A stretch of DNA of 64,000 nt, from assembly GCA_004298335.1 (NCBI GenBank), contig SCTG01000015.1, positions 6,092-70,091 of the forward strand, given 5' to 3'. This DNA is from Nitrospirota bacterium. Lineage in GTDB: Bacteria > Nitrospirota > Nitrospiria > Nitrospirales > NS-4. Shown one piece after another: positions 30,894 to 40,589 of this stretch. The position numbers and the translations under genes are program-made. Positions within the stretch are counted from its first letter, which is position 1. Each line of letters opens with the position of its first letter. The notes below the pieces were generated by a model that was given only the letters and a program-made list of their open reading frames with translations, did not search any database and was not told the DNA's origin.

Positions 30894-30906
30894 GGAGGGC
30901 AGGACG

Positions 30907-31335
30907 ATGGCGGTCCAGGTCTATGGCTGCAACCACATTGTGATTGAAGTGAGCGACGCCAAGAAAGCCGTGCAGTTCTATTCCGACGTGTTCGGCTTGA
31001 AGATGCTGCGTGGAGGCGAGGGGGCCGCGTGGTGCAAACTCGGCGAGCACCAGTTCATGGCCATCTTCGAAGTGGAGAAGCTTCAGCCGGACCGAGTGAA
31101 GCACTTTGGCCTGATGGTTCGTGACGCGCGGCAGATCAAAGAGGTCCGACGGAAACTCACGAAGAAGTACAAGCTCAAGCTGCATCCGGGTTTCCGCTGT
31201 GACTTCCGTGACCCATGGGGAAACCGCATTCAGGTCGGAGACCTCAACGATGAGTCGCTGGTCTGGCTGCTCCCCTATCAGGAAGTGCAGAAAGCAGGGA
31301 TCACGTTTTCGGCTCATCGAAACAAGGGAGCGTGA
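30907..31335 (+). CDS. VOC (glyoxalase/bleomycin-resistance/dioxygenase) family protein
   Basis: 142 aa. NHIVIEVSDAKKAVQFYSDVFGLK followed by FRDPWGNRIQV is a VOC fold pattern. Confidence 0.75.
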   Translation: MAVQVYGCNHIVIEVSDAKKAVQFYSDVFGLKMLRGGEGAAWCKLGEHQFMAIFEVEKLQPDRVKHFGLMVRDARQIKEVRRKLTKKYKLKLHPGFRCDFRDPWGNRIQVGDLNDESLVWLLPYQEVQKAGITFSAHRNKGA

Positions 31336-31940
31336 TGATGGAAAAGCCGGCCGACACACGGCACCCAATACACGATCTGCTGAAGCGGCGGTGGAGCCCG
31401 CGGGCGTTCTCCGACCGGCCGGTCGAGCCCGATACGCTGCGGAGTCTGCTGGAAGCCGCACGCTGGGCGCCGTCTTCCAGCAATGAACAGCCCTGGAACT
31501 TCCTCGTGGCAACGAAGGACGATCAGGCCGAATTCAGCCGCTTGCTGAGCTGCCTGATGGAAGGCAACATCCTGTGGGCGCAGCGCGCGCCCGTGCTCAT
31601 GGTCTCCGTGGCCAGGATGTCCTTCGAAGAAGGCGGGGAACCGAACCGCCATGCGTATTACGATGTCGGCCAGGCGGTGGCCGATCTCTCCGTCCAGGCG
31701 ACCGCGCTCGGACTGTTCGTGCACCAGATGGCGGGCTTTCATCCGGACAAGGTCAGAGAGCTCTATGGTGTCCCGAAGGAGTTCGAGCCGGTAGCGATGA
31801 TTGCGCTGGGCTATCCAGGCGATCCGGAGAGTCTGCCGGAAAAGTTCAGGACGCGCGAGGTGGCTCCTCGGGGGCGGAAGCCGTTGGCCGAATTCGTGTT
31901 TGCCGGCCGTTGGGGAAAGAAGTCGCCGCTAATAATATGA
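31332..31940 (+). CDS. Nitroreductase family protein
   Basis: 202 aa. LLKRRWSPRAFSDRPV...LLEAARWAPSSSNEQPW is the nitroreductase signature region. Confidence 0.85.
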   Translation: MMMEKPADTRHPIHDLLKRRWSPRAFSDRPVEPDTLRSLLEAARWAPSSSNEQPWNFLVATKDDQAEFSRLLSCLMEGNILWAQRAPVLMVSVARMSFEEGGEPNRHAYYDVGQAVADLSVQATALGLFVHQMAGFHPDKVRELYGVPKEFEPVAMIALGYPGDPESLPEKFRTREVAPRGRKPLAEFVFAGRWGKKSPLII

Positions 31941-32383
31941 AAGCGCACTACCTGGGTCACGTCGTGTTTTATGTGCAGGACTTGCCGCGGTCGCTGGCGT
32001 TCTACCGCGATCTGCTGGGGTTCACGGAAATCGGCCGCGTCTTTGACGGCAAGGCGGCGGCGCTGACGTCCGGCCGCACGCATCATGAGCTGCTGCTGAT
32101 CGAAGTCGGCGCCGCGCCCGGCCCGCCGCCCGGCCTGAGGCGCGGGCTGTATCACATCGGAATCAAAGTCGGCGATTCGCTGGATGACTTGCGTGCGGCG
32201 AAGCGCGATCTCGAACGGGCCGGTGTCGCCATTGATGGCATGAGCGACCACACCGTCAGCCAGAGTCTCTACTTGGCCGATCCCGACGGCAACGAGATTG
32301 AACTGTACGTGGACGCCGACGAGGCGATCTGGAAGAACAACCCGGCGGCCGTCCTGTCGCCGATCAAGCAGCTTCGCCTGTAA
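31937..32383 (+). CDS. VOC family protein (extradiol-dioxygenase-like)
   Basis: ATGA overlap with the nitroreductase stop. LGHVVFYVQDLPRSLAFYRDLLGF...HHELLLIE...LYHIGIKV...YLADPDGNEIELY. Confidence 0.8.
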   Translation: MKAHYLGHVVFYVQDLPRSLAFYRDLLGFTEIGRVFDGKAAALTSGRTHHELLLIEVGAAPGPPPGLRRGLYHIGIKVGDSLDDLRAAKRDLERAGVAIDGMSDHTVSQSLYLADPDGNEIELYVDADEAIWKNNPAAVLSPIKQLRL

Positions 32384-32456
32384 GGCGAACCCTGTGCCGC
32401 TTGTCAGTGGCGACTGGGTCCACGGCGAACGACACCGGGCAGAAAGGAGGCAAGAG

Positions 32457-33209
32457 ATGGCACAGAAACTCGCAGGGAAAGTCGCGGTCGTCACGGGTGC
32501 TTCCAAAGGCATAGGCGCTTCCATCGCACTGCATTTGGCAGCCGAAGGCGCGGCCGTGGTCGTCAATTACAGTTCGAGCAAGGAAGGCGCCGACCGTGTT
32601 GTCGGCGAGATCACTGGCAAAGGTGGAAAGGCCATCGCGGTGCACGCCAACGTCGCGAAAGAAGCGGACATCCGGCGCCTTTTCGCCGAGGCCGGAAAAG
32701 CGTTTGGCCCGCTCGACATCCTCATCAACAACGCCGGCATTTACGAGTTTGCACCGCTCGAGAGCGTAACGGCCGAGCATTTCCATAAAATGTTTGATCT
32801 CAACGTGCTGGGTCTGATTCTCGCGTCGCAGGAGGCGGTCAAGCATTTCGGCCCTGCGGGCGGCACCATCGTCAATATCAGTTCGTTGGCCGCCACGGCG
32901 GCTTTTCCGACGACGTCGGTGTACAGCGGGACCAAGGCCGCCGTCGACGCCGTGACCAAGTCGCTCGCTAAAGAGTTGGGGCCGCGCAACATCCGCGTGA
33001 ACTCGATCAACCCCGGCATGGTCGAAACCGAAGGCGTGCATGCCGCCGGAATTGCCGGCAGCGATTTCCGCAAACAGATCGAATCGCAAACGCCGCTCGG
33101 CCGGATCGGGCAGCCTCAGGACATCGCGCCGGCCGCCGTGTTCCTGTCATCCTCCGATTCCGCCTGGATCACCGGTGAAACGCTCGTCATCTCGGGCGGG
33201 CTTCGGTAA
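32457..33209 (+). CDS. SDR family oxidoreductase (FabG-like)
   Basis: AAAGGAGG RBS. TGASKGIG cofactor motif, NNAG, and catalytic S...YSGTK. Confidence 0.9.
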   Translation: MAQKLAGKVAVVTGASKGIGASIALHLAAEGAAVVVNYSSSKEGADRVVGEITGKGGKAIAVHANVAKEADIRRLFAEAGKAFGPLDILINNAGIYEFAPLESVTAEHFHKMFDLNVLGLILASQEAVKHFGPAGGTIVNISSLAATAAFPTTSVYSGTKAAVDAVTKSLAKELGPRNIRVNSINPGMVETEGVHAAGIAGSDFRKQIESQTPLGRIGQPQDIAPAAVFLSSSDSAWITGETLVISGGLR

Positions 33210-33224
33210 GGAGGAACGGCTCTG

Positions 33225-34172
33225 ATGGATGATGTGACGCAATTTTTGATCCGGCATGGCGGGTTGGTCCTCTTCGCAGCCGTGCTGGCCGAGCAGGTCG
33301 GGCTGCCGATTCCGGCCGTCCCGGTGCTGCTCGCCGCCGGGGCGCTGGCGGGAGCCGGCAAGATGAATCTCGCCTTCGCCGTCGTCTTGGGGATGACCGC
33401 CTGCCTGCTGGGCGACTTTCTCTGGTACTACCTGGGGCGCCATCGTGGGTCGCAGGTTCTCAAGGTACTCTGCCGCATTTCGCTCGAGCCGGATTCCTGC
33501 GTGCGCCGCACGGAGACCTTCTTTGTCCGGCACGGGACGCGGTCGCTGGTGCTCGCCAAGTTCATTCCGGGCCTGAGCACGGTGACGCCGGCCCTCGCGG
33601 GGCTCTTCAAGGTCAGCGTGGGGCGCTTTTTGCTGTATAACGGCCTCGGCGCGCTGCTTTGGACGGCGGCCTTCATCGCTCCGGGGTATCTGTTCAGCGA
33701 TCAGCTCGAATGGGTCGCGGCGCAGGCGGCCAGCTTCGGCAGTTCGCTGGTGGTGCTGATCGTCGGGGTGTTGGCCCTGTACATCGCCTACAAATACGTC
33801 CACCGGCAACTCCTGCTGCGCGAGCTGCGCATTGCGCGAATCACGCCGGACGAGCTCAAGCACCTGCTGGATGCCGGGCATGAACCGGTGATCGTGGACC
33901 TGCGCCAGCCGCTCGATCGCCAGGCCAATCCCTATTCGGTTCCAGGCGCGCTGTGGATGGCGGTGGAGGACCTGGAGCGCCGGCACCACGAGATTCCACG
34001 CGATCGCGACGTGATCCTGTACTGCGCCTGTCCCAATGAAGTGACCGCCGCCCGCATGGCTCTCCTGCTCAAGAAGAACGGCATCACGCGGGTCCGGCCT
34101 CTCGCCGGCGGAGTCGAGGCCTGGCGCGCGCGCAATTTCCCTGTCGACGAACTGGGTGAACTCGTCGGCTGA
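33225..34172 (+). CDS. DedA-family membrane protein fused to a C-terminal rhodanese domain
   Basis: N-terminal DedA text (GLPIPAVPVLLAAGALAG...FIPGLSTVTPALAG). The C-terminal approximately 100 aa is rhodanese-like, with active-site-loop-like LYCACPNE. Confidence 0.8.
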   Translation: MDDVTQFLIRHGGLVLFAAVLAEQVGLPIPAVPVLLAAGALAGAGKMNLAFAVVLGMTACLLGDFLWYYLGRHRGSQVLKVLCRISLEPDSCVRRTETFFVRHGTRSLVLAKFIPGLSTVTPALAGLFKVSVGRFLLYNGLGALLWTAAFIAPGYLFSDQLEWVAAQAASFGSSLVVLIVGVLALYIAYKYVHRQLLLRELRIARITPDELKHLLDAGHEPVIVDLRQPLDRQANPYSVPGALWMAVEDLERRHHEIPRDRDVILYCACPNEVTAARMALLLKKNGITRVRPLAGGVEAWRARNFPVDELGELVG

Positions 34173-34190
34173 CGGCGATTGGCGGCTCGC

Positions 34191-34220
34191 TTGTATGTTT
34201 CTGAGCATTATCAGTATCAT
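34191..34220 (+). promoter_or_regulatory. Candidate promoter upstream of the glcG-like gene
   Basis: TTGTAT (34191-34196), 18-nt spacer, TATCAT (34215-34220). Confidence 0.25.
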
Positions 34221-34258
34221 CGGGCGGCAGTTGGCGTCACCATGAACGAGGAGGAGCG

Positions 34259-34807
34259 ATGATGGCGATCAATCGGTTTGGAAGCGTGCCAGTCCATGCC
34301 TTAGTGATTTCGCTCGGCATGCTGCTGTCTCTCGGATTCGCGCAAGCCATGGCTGCGGCCGACGAGCTGCCTCGCGAAGCGGTGCTGCCGCTGGCGCTGG
34401 CGACGAAGGCCGCCGCCGCCGCGCAGGAAAAGTGCAGGCAGGACGGCTATCGCGTCGCCGTGGCGGTGGTGGATCGGGCCGGGATATTGAGAGCGCTGGT
34501 GAGGGGAGACGGAGCGGCGCCGCACGCGGTCGACAGCAGCACCAAGAAAGCCTACACGGCGGCCAGCCTGCGCCGGCCGACCGGTGAATTGGCGAAGATG
34601 ATCGCCGAGAACCCCGGCGCGCAGGGGCTGCGGGACATCAACGACAAGGTCATCTTTCTCGGCGGGGGCCTGCCGATCGACATGGGTGGCGAGATCGTCG
34701 GCGGCATCGGCGTCGGCGGCGCGCCGGGAGGGCATCTGGACGAGGCCTGCGCGCAGGCCGGCCTGGACAGCATCGGCGCGGCGCCGAAGGTCCCGGCGGC
34801 CAAGTAA
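34259..34807 (+). CDS. GlcG/HbpS-like (DUF336) heme-binding protein, secreted
   Basis: Signal peptide. AVAVVDRAG......A.TA......GGGLPI..GGEIVGGIGVGGAPGG..DE.CA is the pattern of the family. Confidence 0.8.
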   Translation: MMAINRFGSVPVHALVISLGMLLSLGFAQAMAAADELPREAVLPLALATKAAAAAQEKCRQDGYRVAVAVVDRAGILRALVRGDGAAPHAVDSSTKKAYTAASLRRPTGELAKMIAENPGAQGLRDINDKVIFLGGGLPIDMGGEIVGGIGVGGAPGGHLDEACAQAGLDSIGAAPKVPAAK

Positions 34808-34840
34808 GCGGTGAGGCGCGGGCTGAATAGGGGAGATGTT

Positions 34841-36031
34841 ATGACGAACCCTGCTCGAACGCTGAGACTTGCGGCAGGCTTTTTCGCGTGGATAGGACTG
34901 GCCGGGCTTTGGGGCTGTCAAAAGGAAGCCGCCGCTCCCGCGGGGCCCCTCCCGGAAGTCGGGGTGCTGACGGTGGTGGCCCAGACCATCCCCGACGACC
35001 CGGAGTTCATCGGGCAGGCGGAAGCCTCCCGCATCGTCGAAATCCGGTCCCAGGTGACAGGCATCATCAAGAGCTTCTCCTTTCGCGAGGGCCGCGACGT
35101 CAAAAAAGGCCAGCGGCTGTATCAAATCGATCCCGTGCCGTTCCAGGCGGCCGTGTCGAGCGCCAGGGCGATGGTGGCCCAGGCCGAGGCGCGGGTGGTC
35201 CAGGCGAAGCAGAATCTCGCCCGCGTCAAGCCGTTGCTGGCGGAACAGGCCGTGAGCCAGAAGGACGTGGATGACGCCGTCGCGGAGGATCTCGCGGCGC
35301 AAGCGGCGCTCGAATCGGCCAAGGGGCAACTGGTGAAGGCCCAGTTCGACCTGGACAACACGCTCATCATCGCGCCCATCTCCGGGCTGATCGAGCGGAC
35401 CAAGTTCTACGAAGGCCGCCTCATCTCCGCACAGACCGACCTCCTCACCGTCATCCACCAGGTGGATCCCATGTACGTCGTCGGGAGCGCGCCGGAGAGC
35501 TACCTCCTGCAGCGGCGCCGGGAACTCGCCACGAAGAAGGTCCAGCGGCCGGACCTCTACCAACTCAAGGGCCGGCTCACCTTCGTGGACGGCACCACCT
35601 ATCCGCATGAGGGGTCGCTGGATTTCGCCTCCGTGGGGTTGAGTACGGAAACGGGAGCCAGGCAGGGGCGGTTCGTCTTTCCCAATCACGACCGGGTCCT
35701 GCTGCCCGGGCAGTTCGTCAAGATCCGCGTCACGGGCTACACGAGAACCGGCGCGATCCTGGTGCCGCAGCGCGCCGTGCAGCAGGGGCCCAAGGGGTCC
35801 GTCGTCTATGTCGTGGGCGCGGGCGACAAGGCGGAAATCCGTAACGTGCAGGCCACCAACTGGCGGGGCAACCAGTGGCTCATCGAAGAAGGCCTCCGCG
35901 CGGGTGAGCGGATTGTGGTGGACGGAATGCACAGAATTTCGCCTGGCGCGCCCGTGAAGCCGGTTCCCGCCGCTGACGGCGCGGCCTCCGACGGGAAGCC
36001 GATCGACACCAAGGTGAAGGAAGATCTGTGA
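34841..36031 (+). CDS. RND efflux periplasmic adaptor (membrane fusion protein)
   Basis: Start MTNPAR after GGGGAG (alternative start at 34811). Lipobox LWGC. Biotinyl-lipoyl, hairpin and beta-barrel text typical of AcrA/MexA. Confidence 0.9.
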   Translation: MTNPARTLRLAAGFFAWIGLAGLWGCQKEAAAPAGPLPEVGVLTVVAQTIPDDPEFIGQAEASRIVEIRSQVTGIIKSFSFREGRDVKKGQRLYQIDPVPFQAAVSSARAMVAQAEARVVQAKQNLARVKPLLAEQAVSQKDVDDAVAEDLAAQAALESAKGQLVKAQFDLDNTLIIAPISGLIERTKFYEGRLISAQTDLLTVIHQVDPMYVVGSAPESYLLQRRRELATKKVQRPDLYQLKGRLTFVDGTTYPHEGSLDFASVGLSTETGARQGRFVFPNHDRVLLPGQFVKIRVTGYTRTGAILVPQRAVQQGPKGSVVYVVGAGDKAEIRNVQATNWRGNQWLIEEGLRAGERIVVDGMHRISPGAPVKPVPAADGAASDGKPIDTKVKEDL

Positions 36032-39000
36032 TCTCCCGCTTTTTCATCGACCGTCCGATCTTCGCGTCCGTCCTGTCCATCGTCATCGTGGTGGTGGGCC
36101 TCGCGGCGATGAAGGCCCTGCCCATCTCCCAGTTTCCGGAAATTACGCCGCCCGTGGTGCAGATCGAAGCCGACTATCCGGGCGCGAACGCGGAGGTGGT
36201 GGCGGATTCGGTGGCGAGGCCCATCGAGGTGCAGCTCCCCGGCATCGACAATCTCCTCTATTACGATTCGACCAGCACCAACGACGGACACATGACCATC
36301 AAGCTCACGTTCGAGATCGGGACCGACGTGGATATCGCGCAGGTCCAGACGCAGAACCGTGAGAAGCTGGCGGAACCGCAGATCCCGAACGAGGTCATCC
36401 GCCAGGGCATCTCGGTAAAAAAAACGTCTCCGGATCTGCTCACGGTCGTAGCGCTCAGTTCCAGCGATCCGCGCTTCGACATGCTCTATTTGTCCAACTA
36501 CGCGATCATCAACGTGCTCGACAATATCAAGCGGCTCCGCGGCGTGGGCGACGCCGTGGTCTTCGGGGGCCAGAACTACAGCATGCGGCTGATCCTGGAC
36601 CCGGTCCGGATGGCGCAGCTCAACCTCACGCCGAGCGACATTACGAACGTGGTCCGCGAGCAGAATCGGGATTTCCCGGCCGGCACGGTCGGGCGGGAGC
36701 CCGCCCCCAAGGGCACGCAGCTTACCATCCCGGTGATCACGCAGGGTCGCCTGACGGAGGTGAAGGACTTCGAGGAGATGATCGTCAGGGCCCTTCCGAA
36801 CGGGGACATGGTGCGGCTCAAGGATGTGGCCAGGATCGAGCTGGGAGCCCAATCCTACAACCTGGAAGGACGGTGGAACGGCAAGCCCAACACGTTTCTC
36901 ATCACATTCCTTTCGCCGGGCGCCAACGCGCTCGATACCGCCAAGCGCATTCAACGGGAGATGGATGAGCTCGCCAAGAGCTTTCCACCCGGCGTGAAGT
37001 ACGACATTCCCTATGACACGACCCGCTTCATCGAGGTGTCCATCCACGAGGTGGCGCTGACGTTGGGAATCGCGATGGTCCTGGTCGTGCTCGTCGTGTA
37101 CCTGTTCCTCCAGAGCTGGCGGACGACGCTGATTCCGGCCGTGGCCGTGCCCGTCTCCCTCATCGGCGCCCTGGCCGGCATGCAGGCCCTCGGGTTCTCC
37201 ATCAACACCCTGACGCTCTTCGGCATGGTGCTGGCCATCGGCATCGTGGTGGATGACGCCATCGTGGTGGTCGAGAACGTCGAACGCCACATGAAGGAGG
37301 AATGTTGCTCGTCCAAGGAAGCCGCCAAGCGGGCCATGGAGGAAGTCACCGCCCCCATCATCGCGATCGTGCTCGTGCTCGCGGCGGTGTTCGTCCCCGT
37401 GGGCTTCCTGGGCGGGATCACGGGCCAGCTCTACAAGCAGTTTGCGATCACGATCGCGATCTCCGTCACGATTTCCGGGTTCGTCGCGCTCACGCTCAGC
37501 CCGGCCCTCTGCGCTCTGGTGCTGAAGCCGGGCGGTGAGGAGGCGCCGCGCACAGGCTTTTTCCCGCTCTTCAACAAGGTCTTCGATTGGACGAGGGACC
37601 GCTACACGGCGTTCGCCGGCCGGATCATCAAGAGGGCGGCGCTGGCCATAGTGGTCTTTGGCGTCGTGATTGCCATCGGCATCGGTCTGTTCCGGGTGAT
37701 TCCGTCCAGTTTTCTGCCTGAGGAGGACCAGGGCTACTTCATCACCATCGTGCAGCTTCCCGACGGCGCTTCCCTGCAGCGGACGACCGAGGTGATGAGC
37801 AAGCTGGAAAAATACTTCCTGTCCATTCCGGTGATCCACAGCACGGACGCCCTGGTCGGCCAGAATTTCGTGTTCAACACGCGCGGGCCCAATTCCGCGA
37901 CCATGTTCGTTCCCTTGCATCTCTGGGACCAGCGCCAGCGTCCGGAGCATCACGTGAAGGCGCTCATCGGCGGCGCCTTCCGGGAATTCGCGAAGATCCC
38001 CGAGGCCCTGGTGCTGGCCTTCAACGCGCCTTCGATCCGGGGCCTGGGCGCAACGGGCGGGTTCTCGGTGCAGATTCAAGATCCCAGCGGAGGCGACTTC
38101 AAGAAGTTTTCGGCCGTCACCGAGGAGTTCCTCGCGAAGGCCAGGCAGGACCCGGCCATCGGGGCGGTCGGCACAAATTTTCGCGTCAGCGCGCCCCGGC
38201 TCTATGCCCACGTAAACCGGGAGCGGGCCAAGACGCTGGGCGTGTCCATCTCCGAGGTCTTCGACACCCTGCAGGCCTATTTCGGCAATTTCTACGTCAA
38301 CGACTTCCTCAAGTTCGGCCGGGTCTACCGGGTCCAGACGGAGGCCGACGCGCAGTACCGGATGAGCCCCGGCGATCTTGCCAAGATATACGTGCGCGCG
38401 CAGAACGGGCCGAGCGTGTCCATGATCCCGCTCAACACCGTGGTCACGACGGAGTTCACCAGCGGGCCCGACCCGGTGACGCACTTCAACGGATTCAACA
38501 CGGCTTTCGTGCTGGGAGCGGCGGCGCCCGGCGCGAGTTCGGGGCAGGCGCTCGATGCGCTGGAGCGGGCGGCCAAGGAGGTGCTCGTCCCCAAAGGCTA
38601 CGGGCTCGACTGGAGCGGGATTTCCTACCAGGAACGGAACGTCGGAGGGAAGTCGGTTGCGGCGTTCGCGTTCGGTTTGCTCATGGTCTTTCTGGTGCTG
38701 GCCGCCCAATACGAGAGCTGGACGGTGCCCTTTGCCGTGATCCTGGCCGTCCCCTTCGGCGTCTTCGGGGCCCTGTCCGCCGTCTGGCTTCGTGGAATGA
38801 CCAACGACATCTACTTCCAGATCGGGCTGGTCACCCTGATCGGCCTCTCGGCCAAGAATGCGATCCTCCTCGTGGATTTCGCCAATCATCGATACCACGC
38901 CGGCATGCCAGCCGCCGAGGCGGCCGCCGAGGCGGCGAAGCTTCGCTTCCGGCCGATCATTATGACCTCCATGGCCTTCATCATGGGCGTGACGCCTCTG

Positions 39001-39207
39001 GTCTTCGCTGCGGGCGCCGGCGCCGCCGGCCGCCAGTCCATCGGCACCGGCGTTTTCGGGGGCATGCTCGCCGCGACCTTCATGGCTATCTTCTTCGTGC
39101 CGCTGTTCTTCGTGCTGACGCGGAAGCTGGCCCGGCGTCCCGTGGGGGGCGGCGCGGCGACGTTGCCGGCGACACCGGCCGGGCCTCCTTCGGAAGGCGC
39201 GCCCTGA
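36028..39207 (+). CDS. RND multidrug efflux transporter (HAE1, AcrB/MexB-like)
   Basis: 1059 aa. Begins MISRFFIDRPIFASVLSIVIVVVG, has 12 TM segments with two large periplasmic loops, and overlaps the adaptor gene. Confidence 0.95.
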   Translation: MISRFFIDRPIFASVLSIVIVVVGLAAMKALPISQFPEITPPVVQIEADYPGANAEVVADSVARPIEVQLPGIDNLLYYDSTSTNDGHMTIKLTFEIGTDVDIAQVQTQNREKLAEPQIPNEVIRQGISVKKTSPDLLTVVALSSSDPRFDMLYLSNYAIINVLDNIKRLRGVGDAVVFGGQNYSMRLILDPVRMAQLNLTPSDITNVVREQNRDFPAGTVGREPAPKGTQLTIPVITQGRLTEVKDFEEMIVRALPNGDMVRLKDVARIELGAQSYNLEGRWNGKPNTFLITFLSPGANALDTAKRIQREMDELAKSFPPGVKYDIPYDTTRFIEVSIHEVALTLGIAMVLVVLVVYLFLQSWRTTLIPAVAVPVSLIGALAGMQALGFSINTLTLFGMVLAIGIVVDDAIVVVENVERHMKEECCSSKEAAKRAMEEVTAPIIAIVLVLAAVFVPVGFLGGITGQLYKQFAITIAISVTISGFVALTLSPALCALVLKPGGEEAPRTGFFPLFNKVFDWTRDRYTAFAGRIIKRAALAIVVFGVVIAIGIGLFRVIPSSFLPEEDQGYFITIVQLPDGASLQRTTEVMSKLEKYFLSIPVIHSTDALVGQNFVFNTRGPNSATMFVPLHLWDQRQRPEHHVKALIGGAFREFAKIPEALVLAFNAPSIRGLGATGGFSVQIQDPSGGDFKKFSAVTEEFLAKARQDPAIGAVGTNFRVSAPRLYAHVNRERAKTLGVSISEVFDTLQAYFGNFYVNDFLKFGRVYRVQTEADAQYRMSPGDLAKIYVRAQNGPSVSMIPLNTVVTTEFTSGPDPVTHFNGFNTAFVLGAAAPGASSGQALDALERAAKEVLVPKGYGLDWSGISYQERNVGGKSVAAFAFGLLMVFLVLAAQYESWTVPFAVILAVPFGVFGALSAVWLRGMTNDIYFQIGLVTLIGLSAKNAILLVDFANHRYHAGMPAAEAAAEAAKLRFRPIIMTSMAFIMGVTPLVFAAGAGAAGRQSIGTGVFGGMLAATFMAIFFVPLFFVLTRKLARRPVGGGAATLPATPAGPPSEGAP

Positions 39208-40589
39208 TGCGCCGCCTTGCCACGGCCATGCTCTCGATCGTCTTGGCCTCCTGCGCGATGGGGCCGGATTACGAGCGACCCACGGTCCCTGTCCAGCAAA
39301 CCTGGCGCATGGCAGTCCAGGAGGGCGAATCCATCGCCAACATGCCCTGGTGGGAACTCCTCAGCGATGACGAACTGCACACCTTGATCCGAATCGCGCT
39401 CGAGGAGAACAAGGACCTGCAACGCGCCGTTGCGAACGTCGAAGAATTCGAAGCCCGGCTGTCCATTGCCAGGACCGACTTTGCACCCCAAATCAGCGTG
39501 GACGCCAATGCCCCCGCGTTCGGCCGTTTGAAGGGCGCCAGAATCCCGGGTTTTCCGACTCCGTTCAGCTATTCCGGGCAGGGCCACCTGTCCTGGGAGC
39601 TCGATTTTTGGGGGCGGGTCCGCAGGGAGAATGAAGCGGCCCGGGCCGATCTCCTGGCCCAGGAGGAGAACCGGCGGGCCGTCGTGCTGCAGCTCGTGGC
39701 CGGCGTGGCCCAGGCCTATTTCGACCTGCGCCAGCTGGATATGCAGTTGGACATCACCAGGCGCACGCTGCAGTCTTGGGAAGAGTCCGTCAGAATCTCC
39801 AGGGCCAGGCTGCGGCAGGGGCTGACCCCCAAGCTGGACGCCGACCAATTCGAGGCGGAGCGGGCCAACGCCGTGGCCCGCGCGGCGGAACTGGAGCGTC
39901 AGATGGTCCAGAAGGAGAACGAACTCAGCGTGCTGTTGGGGAGCAACCCCATTAAAATCCCACGGGGACGGGCGCTCACCGAGCAGGTGATGCCACCCGC
40001 GGTGCCGGCGGGACTGCCCTCCGAGTTGCTCCAGCGCCGCCCGGACGTCTTGCAATCGGAGCAGCAACTGGCCGCGGCGACCGCCCGGATCGGGGTCGCC
40101 AAGGCCCAGCGGTTCCCGCAAATCACGCTCACGGGGCTCCTCGGCGTGGCGAGTCCGCAACTCTCGACTCTGGGAGGCAGCGACTATGCCGTTGCCGGCC
40201 TGGGGCTGGCCGGTCCGCTGCTCAACGCCCAGACGCTGGGTTTCCAACAAGAGGCGGCCGAAGCCCAGGCCCGGCAGGCGCTGGCTCACTACCAGCAGAC
40301 GATCCTGGTGGCCTTCAAGGAAGTCGAGGATGCCCTGGTGGCGGTCCGCACGGCCCGCCAGCAGATCGAGGCGCAGGAAACCCAGGTCGCCGCGCTGCGG
40401 TCGGCCCTGCACCTGGCCGACTTACGGTACAAGGGGGGGGTCTCGAATTATCTGGACGTGCTCATTGCCCAACGGAACCTGTTTGACGCCGAACTGTCGC
40501 TCGCGGCCACCCGCCGGCTGCACCTGGTGTCGGTGGTCCAGCTCTACAAGGCCCTCGGCGGGGGCTGGTCAACGACCAGTCTTCCCTGA
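39207..40589 (+). CDS. Efflux outer-membrane factor lipoprotein (NodT/OprM family)
   Basis: 460 aa. Lipobox LASC, PDYERP, and two TolC-like repeats. Start overlaps the RND stop. Confidence 0.9.
   Translation: MRRLATAMLSIVLASCAMGPDYERPTVPVQQTWRMAVQEGESIANMPWWELLSDDELHTLIRIALEENKDLQRAVANVEEFEARLSIARTDFAPQISVDANAPAFGRLKGARIPGFPTPFSYSGQGHLSWELDFWGRVRRENEAARADLLAQEENRRAVVLQLVAGVAQAYFDLRQLDMQLDITRRTLQSWEESVRISRARLRQGLTPKLDADQFEAERANAVARAAELERQMVQKENELSVLLGSNPIKIPRGRALTEQVMPPAVPAGLPSELLQRRPDVLQSEQQLAAATARIGVAKAQRFPQITLTGLLGVASPQLSTLGGSDYAVAGLGLAGPLLNAQTLGFQQEAAEAQARQALAHYQQTILVAFKEVEDALVAVRTARQQIEAQETQVAALRSALHLADLRYKGGVSNYLDVLIAQRNLFDAELSLAATRRLHLVSVVQLYKALGGGWSTTSLP

Noticed and set aside
35806-38898. 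1030-aa ORF on the minus strand
   Set aside because: It is antisense to the RND pump gene, which has an unmistakable AcrB-like translation. The antisense product is low-complexity (Arg/Gly/His/Asp/Pro-rich). This is the typical GC-rich antisense artefact.
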